Source: a virus
DNA length: 64,000 nt
Reading direction: 5' to 3' (one strand)
IMG/VR virus record: IMGVR_UViG_3300044878_000082
Coordinates: 32,001 to 96,000 of that record
Position 1 is the first letter of the stretch, and each line of letters starts with the position of its first letter. Of this stretch, positions 38,598 to 47,132 are shown piece after piece. The translations under genes were made by a program, and so were the position numbers. The notes below the pieces were generated by a model that was given only the letters and a program-made list of their open reading frames with translations, ran no database searches and had not been told where the DNA came from.

Positions 38598-41480
38598 TTA
38601 AGACCAGCTCAGGGTAGCGGCTGCACTTGGTAGACCACTGCTGACTGGGATCGCTGAACCGCGCGATACGTTACTGAGACGGTAGGTGTCGAGACGAGTT
38701 ACTTTGTCGATGTCGATCTCGGTAATGGCCGATGCACTGGTCTTGATGGTACCGATCCACATCACCGATTCCGACTCGTTCAACTTGGTGAGTGACAATC
38801 GGTACTGGGCGACACCCACCTGCACCGAGACGTACACGTAGAACGTCTTGTTGGTGTAGTTACCGGGGAACAACACCGACAGGTCGAACGAGGTGTTACT
38901 CAAGGTGAAACTACGCCCTGAGATAATCACCGGGACCGTGTCTGTGAAGTACACGATCCACCCTTCTGCCACGTCTTGGGAGACAATCACCACGGAGGTG
39001 TTCTCTGCTGCTGAGACCCAAGTCAAGAACTCGGCTTTGGTTTTAGCAACCTTACGCCAGATCAACTTGGTGTAATAGTCAGTGGCGTAAACGTTCCCCA
39101 GACCCAACAGAGGCATCGCCCCATAGCGAGTACCAACCTGCGACGTCCCTGCCGTACCACCACCTGCACCTTGGGTGCTGCCGTCACGGTTCACGAAGAA
39201 ACGATAGGCCATGTAGTTGGAGCCGCTGGTCAGCGCATGGAGGTTCAGAGTTTCCCCTGCCACCATGAAACCTTCCGGCACTTCGTACATGTGGATGGAA
39301 GACGACCGGATGTTATCGGTGCTGTAACTAACGGACGAACCGACGTTGATCCCGATGCTGTAGTTCAGGATCAACCCACCGTCAGTCATCGAGGCGATCG
39401 TACCCGTACGAGACGACAGGTTGACTTTGGTGATGAAGAACCGACGGTTGTAGTCTTCCTCAACCACCATCGTTACAGCGTAAGGAATGGTTCCGGCTTT
39501 CTGTGGGATTACCAGCTCGATCGAAGACGTCTTGACTGTCTGTAACCCGTAAGTCGCAATGATCGTCGCCTTCAACGCCTGCAACTGCGCCAGCGTACAG
39601 TCCACCGTCCCCACTGTCGTGAAGTCAGCGTTGATATTGATGGGACGAGACTGACGGAAGCTCTCAGACAGTACTGAACCCAAACAGGTGGTACCGTTGT
39701 CATCCACCTCGTTGATGCACCCACGGAACAGATCGTGTTCAGCAAGGTTCGGATAGGCTACCCGTTCAGTCCGAGGTTTGTACCCAGACAGTGTGCCGAA
39801 CTTTACCGACTTGTAGGTCGAGTTGGGAGCCGCTGGCGCACCTGACGGAGCGTAGCGGATCTTCACCAAGGATTGACCACCAGTCGAACGACGGCAGTAA
39901 ACCATGGCTTGATTATCACCGAGTAGACGGAGGCTGTCAAACGAGTCCCCACACTCCGAACCGTACGACACCGGTATGCTGATACGTAGCGAAGACGATC
40001 GTGACACCAGCGGCACCTGAAGGGCATCAAAGACACTGGTGAACGACGACAACTGAGCACGGTGTAGGGTATCCAGATTCGCCGCACTGTAACTGACCGT
40101 ACCGGTGAAGAACAACCCCGATTCAGTGAAATACGTCCGGTAGGAGTAGTCGAAGAGACTCGCCCCTTCCAAAATCCCCGTGGTGTCCCGAATGCCACCA
40201 GTAGACATCGCAATCGTACCGTCACCAGCCAACGTAAACTCAAGCGGTTGACGACACGCTGGGTCGAGTGCAGCTTCTCCAGTCAGGATGTTGAAGGTAA
40301 AGCTGAGCAGGAACTTCATCGACTGAAGTCCTTTACCGGGAGCGCTGTAACGACCGTCCCAGTAACACAGCGTCCGCATGATGGTTTTGTCAGCGTTGAA
40401 AGCCGACTGGGTCATCATACGACCACTACCGGTCATGATCCGCCCACCTTGGAAGTACGCGGTACCGTTGTTGTGGTAGACCAGTGCTGGTGTTCCCGGA
40501 GCGTTGGTGTCCGACACGTCGGCAAAACGAATCATCGCTGGGTCGTTGAACACAGCGTCCAAGAAGCCAGTGGACTGTCCGATGGTTACAGCTTCTGGTA
40601 CCACGGTTTTACCCAGACCGAAGTCAGCGAGTTTCACGCGATACAACGTGTACGCAACTGGGTTCGAGAAGGCTGCCGATTCAGGACTTGGGGTGGCGAG
40701 CAAGTAAACGTAATCTTTACCGATCACACACTCACTGACGTTCAGCTTGGCTTCTTCAGTAGCAGCCAAGAACACACCGGTATGTCCGGCAGCGTCCAGT
40801 GAACCATTGGTCAGAGCGATGAAGGCTTGACCTAAGGTGTCATTGGACTCCATGATACGTCCGGCCACCACACCCGTACCACCTTGGTAGATGTAGGCGA
40901 CTTCCTGACCGATAGCTAAGAACGGAGGACGATAACGAGTACCCGTCACCACAATCTTCGCACCCACAAAGGTGCTGGCTGCTTTGGCGATGTAACCGTA
41001 GTATGCCCCGAGGACGGAACCGTTCGTACCGTTACGCAAGAAGACGAGTGTGCCGTTGTCTTCGAGTTGGAAGCTGTATTGCTCCCGTTGGTTGATCGCA
41101 CCAGTACCAGTGTCTTTAACAGTCGTGGCACCTTCGAAGGAACCTGACACACCCACCGGCAGGTAATCCAGTGAACCAAAGCGAGAGATTGGGAGAATCC
41201 CCTGAGGGATAATCTTGTTCAGCAACGCGTCCGATTCGGCAATGGTGAACGTGCCGATACTGGCAGCCGTTTCACCGTGCGGGTTGTCTTTACGACCGGT
41301 GTGTCCCGTAACAGTGGGAGCAACATCAGCGTTAAGCTCTGCGGGAGTCTTACCTCCCAACTTTGTGGCGTTGTCTGCCAGCGAGGACAGATTGGTCTTC
41401 TTCTTAATAGCAGTCACCAGCACCGGGTAGTACGTGTTGATTGACGTGCTCAGAGACGCAATGAGGGAGGCGATAGACAT
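38598..41480 (-). CDS. tail fibre/appendage protein, paralogue 2 (long)
   Basis: same N- and C-terminal modules as 35697-38555. Confidence 0.8.
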   Translation of the reverse strand: MSIASLIASLSTSINTYYPVLVTAIKKKTNLSSLADNATKLGGKTPAELNADVAPTVTGHTGRKDNPHGETAASIGTFTIAESDALLNKIIPQGILPISRFGSLDYLPVGVSGSFEGATTVKDTGTGAINQREQYSFQLEDNGTLVFLRNGTNGSVLGAYYGYIAKAASTFVGAKIVVTGTRYRPPFLAIGQEVAYIYQGGTGVVAGRIMESNDTLGQAFIALTNGSLDAAGHTGVFLAATEEAKLNVSECVIGKDYVYLLATPSPESAAFSNPVAYTLYRVKLADFGLGKTVVPEAVTIGQSTGFLDAVFNDPAMIRFADVSDTNAPGTPALVYHNNGTAYFQGGRIMTGSGRMMTQSAFNADKTIMRTLCYWDGRYSAPGKGLQSMKFLLSFTFNILTGEAALDPACRQPLEFTLAGDGTIAMSTGGIRDTTGILEGASLFDYSYRTYFTESGLFFTGTVSYSAANLDTLHRAQLSSFTSVFDALQVPLVSRSSSLRISIPVSYGSECGDSFDSLRLLGDNQAMVYCRRSTGGQSLVKIRYAPSGAPAAPNSTYKSVKFGTLSGYKPRTERVAYPNLAEHDLFRGCINEVDDNGTTCLGSVLSESFRQSRPININADFTTVGTVDCTLAQLQALKATIIATYGLQTVKTSSIELVIPQKAGTIPYAVTMVVEEDYNRRFFITKVNLSSRTGTIASMTDGGLILNYSIGINVGSSVSYSTDNIRSSSIHMYEVPEGFMVAGETLNLHALTSGSNYMAYRFFVNRDGSTQGAGGGTAGTSQVGTRYGAMPLLGLGNVYATDYYTKLIWRKVAKTKAEFLTWVSAAENTSVVIVSQDVAEGWIVYFTDTVPVIISGRSFTLSNTSFDLSVLFPGNYTNKTFYVYVSVQVGVAQYRLSLTKLNESESVMWIGTIKTSASAITEIDIDKVTRLDTYRLSNVSRGSAIPVSSGLPSAAATLSWS

Positions 41481-41499
41481 GAGGAGATTCCTAAATAAA

Positions 41500-42210
41500 C
41501 TACGTAGACCATGCCAAGGTGGCAGGTGCATCCGGTGTACCGTTGGAGACTGGGATGGCCGAACCAATCGGTAGGTTGGAGACACGGAAGGTATCCAAGC
41601 GCGTCACCTTTTTCAGAGTGACCGTCGCAATGGTACTGGTGCCCGTTGTGAGGGTCCCGAGGTACATGTTGGTGATCGTCTCAGCAATCTGCGAGGCCGA
41701 GATCAACAGACTTGGCACCCCACCGATCAGACGAACGTAAACATAGAACGTACGGTTAGCGTACGCTCCAGGGAACAGAGTAGACATGTCGACCGAGATT
41801 ACCGGTAGGGTGTATGCACCACCAGCCATGATCAACGGGATAGCTGCCGTTGTACTGAACACCCACCCTAAGAAAGAGGTGGGGACGGGAGCAGTGTCTA
41901 GCGTTCCGAAACGACTGATCGGAAGAATCCCTGAAGGGAGCAGGAGATTGAATACAGCGTCGAACCCAGCTTGATCGTAAGCGCCCACTTGGGCTGCGGT
42001 TACGGTGTGGGGGTTCGCTTTGTTGCTAGCGTGAGTGGCCAGTGCGGTAGTGGCATCACTAACAGCTTGAGCTAATGTACGACCATTGAGCTTTGAGGAA
42101 TTCTGCGACTGGAAGGACGCGGCGGTCTTCTTACCCAAGGCAGTCACAATCTCCGCATAGAACTGGTTAATCTGGTTGGTCAACGCGTTGAGTACGGTTG
42201 CGAGGCTCAT
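41500..42210 (-). CDS. tail fibre/appendage protein, paralogue 3 (short, no central domain)
   Basis: GILPISRFG followed almost directly by the shared C-terminal module. Confidence 0.8.
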   Translation of the reverse strand: MSLATVLNALTNQINQFYAEIVTALGKKTAASFQSQNSSKLNGRTLAQAVSDATTALATHASNKANPHTVTAAQVGAYDQAGFDAVFNLLLPSGILPISRFGTLDTAPVPTSFLGWVFSTTAAIPLIMAGGAYTLPVISVDMSTLFPGAYANRTFYVYVRLIGGVPSLLISASQIAETITNMYLGTLTTGTSTIATVTLKKVTRLDTFRVSNLPIGSAIPVSNGTPDAPATLAWST

Positions 42211-42251
42211 GGGAGAGTCCTTGTGTAGAGTGGAACATAAAAACAACTATC

Positions 42252-42281
42252 AGGGTTATCGGGGTTTCGCCCGATAACCCT
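42252..42281 (-). terminator. gene-end hairpin
   Basis: AGGGTTATCGGG/CCCGATAACCCT 12-bp stem. Confidence 0.65.
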
Positions 42282-42286
42282 TTAAG

Positions 42287-44623
42287 TTATCCGATTGCTT
42301 GAAGTGCTGCGGTTGCTGAGGTAAACGAGGTGGTCAGAGTGGTCACCAGAGTTTCGATGTCAGCAGTGTTACCCGCTACCGGAATGACTACAGAGCCAGC
42401 CGGTTGAGTGGTCATCACAGTCGCCGTTTTGTCGATAGTGATGTAGTCTTTACCTGACACTACAGTCAGGGTGGTCGTAGCGAACTTAGCGTTCGTTTTG
42501 TACCACAGACGGAACACGCCAGCCACTTTGGTGTACATCAGTTCCAAGTTGCTCACGTTACCCGACAGGATCGTTACCGACGCACCGAGGTCGACTGGGT
42601 CGATGTTGATGATACCGGTCACGCTCTGGTTGTTTGCACTCACCAGACCGTTGAACATCACCGTCATGTCTTCGGTGTCACCGGCTTGCGGCGACGCCAT
42701 CATGATTGGAACCCACTTGTACGTGGCATCGTTTGCCAGCACGTAGTTAGGCACCAGCAACTGACGGGTGTACGGAATCAAAATCTCAGCGTAGCTAACA
42801 ACCTGATCCAGCGAACGACCTTCCAGTTGGTTGGCGTTATCCACACCGGCAATCTGAATCGACTGCACGATTTCGTCCAACGTCTTACCAGCCAGCTTGA
42901 ACGAGTTGGCTACACCGGCAGCGTCAATCTCGGCGTAGATCTGGGCAAGCGAACGACCTTCGAGCTTGAAGCTGTCAGCCGCTTTCTGCGCTTGTGCAGC
43001 AGTCAGGGTTTGCTGGTAGGTGTGACCTTCCAACAGAGCCGAGTCCGCAGCTTGAGCAGTCTTGTCCAACTTGGCCAAGAACTTGGTGTCCAGTGTCCCC
43101 GAGGTGTACGTACCAACTTGAGCAGCCGTCACTGCGTGCGGGTTGTTCTTATCACCAACGTGGGCGGTGAAGTCCGTCAGAACCCATTCGTCGATGGCAG
43201 ACTTAACCAACAGTGGGGTCATATAACGAATGTTACTGGTACCCGCTTGTGCTTCAGCGACGCTGGCAATCGAGTAGTTCTGAACGACGCTCAACCCAAC
43301 CTGTGCTTTCGTCACAGCGTGCGGGTTGTTGTTGTCGGACAAGTGAGCCCCGATAGAACCACTGGCCAACGCCTCGATCGCTTTACGGGTCATCAACGCC
43401 GTCATGTAGACCGTGTTGCTCAGACCTGCTTCTGCTTCGGTTTGTGTGGCGATCAGATAGTTCTGAACGTTACCCAAACCTACCTGAGCCTTGGTGGTCA
43501 AGTGAGGGTTGTTGGTCGCATTGATGTGCAAGTCCATCGAGTCTTTTACCAAGACCTGAATCTGCTTTGCAGTCATCAACGGGGTCATGTAACGGTCGTT
43601 ACGAGAAGCAGCTTCTGCTTCCGCCACGTTCGCCAACGGCCAGTTCTCCACAGACCCCAAACCAACTTGTGCTTTGGTAGTGCTGTGTGGGTTGTTCAAG
43701 TCCGCCAAGTGCGTCGCCAACCCAGCATTCGCCAACGCAACAATTGCTTGCTTGGTTTGCAATGGGGTCATGTACTTGTTGGAGACGGCACCCGCTTCGG
43801 CTTCGGCTTGGGTAGCCACACCGTAGTTCAGAACTGAACCCAACCCGACCTGCGCCTTAGTTACGGCGTGTGGGTTGTTCAAGTCGTTGCGGTGTGTGTC
43901 CAGCAACGGAACCATGTAGGAGTCAACGAAGTTCTTGGTGCGAACAGGCGTCATGTAGCGAGTGTTCAGAGAACCCGCTTGGGCCTCGGAAATGTTCGCC
44001 AACGGGAAGTTCTGAACTTGGTCAAGACCGACTTGGTCTTTCGTTACCGAGTGAGGGTTGGCTTTGTCTGCAATGTGCTGGGCAAAGTTGCTGCCTGCCG
44101 AATCGCGGATAGCCACCGTCATGTCGTTCAGGATGGGGATCAGATCATCCACACCTCTGAGGTCATCGAGGTCCCACTGGTGGTCGATCGGGGGGAACTG
44201 GTATGGAACATCAACCACTTCTTCCCACGTCGTGATTCGAGGGTTCGTTTGGGTATTCGTCAGACGGGTGAGGTCAGACGAGGTATCCAGAATCCAATCA
44301 CCACCGATGGTTTGATAGCTGATCTCGAGAACGCCCGTGAGGGTTTTGTCGAGCATCGTAATCGAACCGTACACTCGCCGAGCCACGCCGTGTGAAGCTG
44401 CGTGGAAGTAGTGAGTGCAATGGTAATCCTTACCTTCGACGAGGAGCTTACCCGATGGACGATGGATAACGCGCAACGAGTCCCGGAAGTAAGGGGCTTG
44501 CTTAGGGACTATGAAGTAAAAGTCCTTCCATGCCGGTGGAGACAGGACGTGTCGCTCGTTAGCAACAGCGTTCGATGTCGCCGAACCGGTAGGGTCAAAA
44601 GGGTAAGTATAGGTTTGCGCCAT
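42287..44623 (-). CDS. tail fibre protein with NPH repeats (phiKZ gp146-like paralogue)
   Basis: YPFDPTGSATSN N-terminus; five ~59-aa NPH repeats plus a partial sixth; short KLEGRSL repeats. Confidence 0.85.
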   Translation of the reverse strand: MAQTYTYPFDPTGSATSNAVANERHVLSPPAWKDFYFIVPKQAPYFRDSLRVIHRPSGKLLVEGKDYHCTHYFHAASHGVARRVYGSITMLDKTLTGVLEISYQTIGGDWILDTSSDLTRLTNTQTNPRITTWEEVVDVPYQFPPIDHQWDLDDLRGVDDLIPILNDMTVAIRDSAGSNFAQHIADKANPHSVTKDQVGLDQVQNFPLANISEAQAGSLNTRYMTPVRTKNFVDSYMVPLLDTHRNDLNNPHAVTKAQVGLGSVLNYGVATQAEAEAGAVSNKYMTPLQTKQAIVALANAGLATHLADLNNPHSTTKAQVGLGSVENWPLANVAEAEAASRNDRYMTPLMTAKQIQVLVKDSMDLHINATNNPHLTTKAQVGLGNVQNYLIATQTEAEAGLSNTVYMTALMTRKAIEALASGSIGAHLSDNNNPHAVTKAQVGLSVVQNYSIASVAEAQAGTSNIRYMTPLLVKSAIDEWVLTDFTAHVGDKNNPHAVTAAQVGTYTSGTLDTKFLAKLDKTAQAADSALLEGHTYQQTLTAAQAQKAADSFKLEGRSLAQIYAEIDAAGVANSFKLAGKTLDEIVQSIQIAGVDNANQLEGRSLDQVVSYAEILIPYTRQLLVPNYVLANDATYKWVPIMMASPQAGDTEDMTVMFNGLVSANNQSVTGIINIDPVDLGASVTILSGNVSNLELMYTKVAGVFRLWYKTNAKFATTTLTVVSGKDYITIDKTATVMTTQPAGSVVIPVAGNTADIETLVTTLTTSFTSATAALQAIG

Positions 44624-44726
44624 ACCGTTGACTCCTGTTAAAACAGCGAATGTTATAGTTGCCTGTAAAAGAATACGCACCATACTATTACCCGGCTCGT
44701 GTTCCGCCCTTCAAGAGAATTTAGCC

Positions 44727-45971
44727 ATGTACTCACTCGTAAAATCGTTAGCCAGAACGCGTGGTCGTACTGGTAGTTGGTCAGAAGTTGATCTTTCAGA
44801 GATGGATGTCTTCAAGCTCTGGACAGATTACTCTCGGATCTACTTGATCTTGACCAACCCAGTGGTTGTTGGACAGGTGTCGTTGGACTTGGATGAAGTC
44901 CGCAGTCGCATCACTCTGGTACGTCCGGGCACTACGGTAACGCAATGGTTGGCCGGGTTGGGGAATCAATCTCTTCCCACTTCCAATGTGATCCCAGCGA
45001 TCAAACCGAAGTACGTTCAGTACCGTGACGCAGTGCAAGCTGGTTACAGCCTGATGCCGATTCACCGCACTATTGCTCCGGGTAACGACGTTGCACCGAT
45101 TGACCGGACTGACTTGCTGTTGACCAAACCAGAGCTGGACTACCAAGAGTTCTTCGAGAACTGTGTAGTGGACGTTAACGGTCTACTCCACTACTCGGAC
45201 TACGACTCCCACGGTATCCACGTTTACGGGGCGGGTTCGACTGGCCGGATCAGTAATGACAACCACGTTGGTGTACTGAACTTCAAAGCCCTCGGTGGGG
45301 TGCGGTGTATTCCAATCACGGAAGACATGATCACTGCGGGCGGTACGGTAGCCGAACTCAACATCAACGCCATTATCTCCACGGAAGAATCATTCGTGGG
45401 TAAGACGGTGATGTTCAGCTTCATGGGTTACTTGCTCCCGATGGAGCGTGCGTTCCGTCGGATTGGGGACTCGAGCTTCAGTCTGGACTTGCGCAACCAG
45501 ATTGTGGCTGACTGGTTCTTTGACGCTAAGCGTTCACTCGACCTGACCACTGTGGAAAACCACCTGACCTACAAGAACGGTGGTTACGACCAAATCGGAC
45601 TGGATGAGTTCTCCAGTGACGCAGTGGTGAAAGCGTTGTTGACTCTGCCACAGTCTTTCCTGATTGTGATCAACAACAACGACGTCTACGTCGACCGTGA
45701 ACAGTTGGGTGTGACACAGACACCTGATCGTTACTTCACTCAGACCAAACCTATCTGGCCAGTGATCTTCGGTAAAGGTCGGATCTTCGACTACTGGTCG
45801 ATCCGGGAAGGGGACACTTACGTTCTGGCTGGTGCTGACAACCAACGCCCAGAGTACAACTTTGAAACCACGGACTGGGGACTGGGGACTTCGATTGACA
45901 ACACGCAGTCGACAATCAATCCTTTCCGGTTCTCCAAGGCGTACTTCCTGAAGATCGGTTCTGACATGTGA
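44727..45971 (+). CDS. probable virion/baseplate structural protein
   Basis: NCVVDVNGLLH, VGVLNF and LLTLPQSFLIV; lies between fibre and spike genes. Confidence 0.65.
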   Translation: MYSLVKSLARTRGRTGSWSEVDLSEMDVFKLWTDYSRIYLILTNPVVVGQVSLDLDEVRSRITLVRPGTTVTQWLAGLGNQSLPTSNVIPAIKPKYVQYRDAVQAGYSLMPIHRTIAPGNDVAPIDRTDLLLTKPELDYQEFFENCVVDVNGLLHYSDYDSHGIHVYGAGSTGRISNDNHVGVLNFKALGGVRCIPITEDMITAGGTVAELNINAIISTEESFVGKTVMFSFMGYLLPMERAFRRIGDSSFSLDLRNQIVADWFFDAKRSLDLTTVENHLTYKNGGYDQIGLDEFSSDAVVKALLTLPQSFLIVINNNDVYVDREQLGVTQTPDRYFTQTKPIWPVIFGKGRIFDYWSIREGDTYVLAGADNQRPEYNFETTDWGLGTSIDNTQSTINPFRFSKAYFLKIGSDM

Positions 45972-46010
45972 CGGCATACAGCGGGAGGCTTTCGGGCCTC
46001 CCGCTATGCG

Positions 46011-46274
46011 CTATTCAATCGACCACGTACCGTGACCTGTTGCTGAGTCACCACAACTGGCGTGATTACCGGCTCTAACCACCGGGATACCGTTCCAAGT
46101 CATCCACCCCGAACCCTCAACCATCTTAGGGCCTGCGTGAGCGCCTGTACCGTGTCCTGCGACGTCATCACCTAACAGGGATACCTTTGCACCATCTAAG
46201 GTGAAGTTGGCTGCTCCCGGCCCTGTGATCACTCCGCCTGCGGTGGCGATACCTACTTGAGAAATACCTGGCAT
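46011..46274 (-). CDS. PAAR-like spike tip protein
   Basis: GDDVAGHG..AH....VEGS...WNGIPVVRAGNHASCG with His/Cys metal ligands; coupled to the spike gene. Confidence 0.85.
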   Translation of the reverse strand: MPGISQVGIATAGGVITGPGAANFTLDGAKVSLLGDDVAGHGTGAHAGPKMVEGSGWMTWNGIPVVRAGNHASCGDSATGHGTWSIE

Positions 46275-47038
46275 CAACTACCCCCTTCGAACTTCGGAGT
46301 TTTCCAGACTGTACCACCCGGTGTCAGAGAGACTTGTGTCCCACCTACATCGAAGGCCAACTCGTCGATGGCTTTGATGTTAACCCGAGTCTTGTCCAAG
46401 ATAACGTGGCAACCGTCTTGGTTAGCAATCAGGATCTTGTGTTCGTCCGAGTCAATCTGAACGATCTGCCCTACGTCATCTTGTAGCGTAAGGGTGGACT
46501 CCGCCGCATTGATCTGCGCGAGGTAGGCAAACTTCTCACCGTTGGCTGTACTGGTCTCCACCGTGATGGTTTTCTGGTGGGTCGACACTTCCATGTAGTA
46601 GCAGCTATTAATGTCGATACCGGAAGTACCTTCATCTTTAGTCGCACTGAATGCAAAGACCACGGTCTCCAGCTTTCGCAAGTGTCCGTCGAGTCCAGCA
46701 ATTGTCCAGTAGTACTTGTCGTCATCCGCAGCTTGCCACAGGTAAACCCGTTCACCCCGTCGAACGTCTGGTGAGGTAACCCGGTTACTCCCGAGAGGTA
46801 GCCACGTAGCGGTCACCGTGCTGTCTACAATCGCTTTAGAGGAGAAACTCTGTCCCGACCCATCTACCCCTGACACTTCAACCGGAGTAGGGTTAGACTT
46901 CAGCTCACCGTTGAGCATGGACTGACTTTCAATCGGTGTAGCGTGAATCTCATTACACCAACTGCCGTCGGCGTTCTGCATGGGTTTGTTTTCAGCAACA
47001 ATGCCCAAGGAGACAATCTTAAAACACGTACCGTCCAT
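46274..47038 (-). CDS. baseplate central spike / injection needle (phiKZ gp164-like)
   Basis: ATWLPLGSNRVTSPDVRRGERVYLW OB-fold followed by a beta-strand repeat C-terminus; adjacent PAAR gene. Confidence 0.85.
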   Translation of the reverse strand: MDGTCFKIVSLGIVAENKPMQNADGSWCNEIHATPIESQSMLNGELKSNPTPVEVSGVDGSGQSFSSKAIVDSTVTATWLPLGSNRVTSPDVRRGERVYLWQAADDDKYYWTIAGLDGHLRKLETVVFAFSATKDEGTSGIDINSCYYMEVSTHQKTITVETSTANGEKFAYLAQINAAESTLTLQDDVGQIVQIDSDEHKILIANQDGCHVILDKTRVNIKAIDELAFDVGGTQVSLTPGGTVWKTPKFEGGS

Positions 47039-47132
47039 TGAGGGACTCCTTAATAAAGGGCTTTCAAATCATACGTTAATTATTATCCACGCTCTGTACT
47101 CTATGTTAGTAACATTGGGGAAGCTATTTATA

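Noticed and set aside
30278-44623. Diversity-generating retroelement or invertase-driven fibre switching
   Set aside because: No reverse transcriptase or recombinase gene, no TR/VR pair with adenine-specific mismatches noticed, and all fibre genes are co-oriented.
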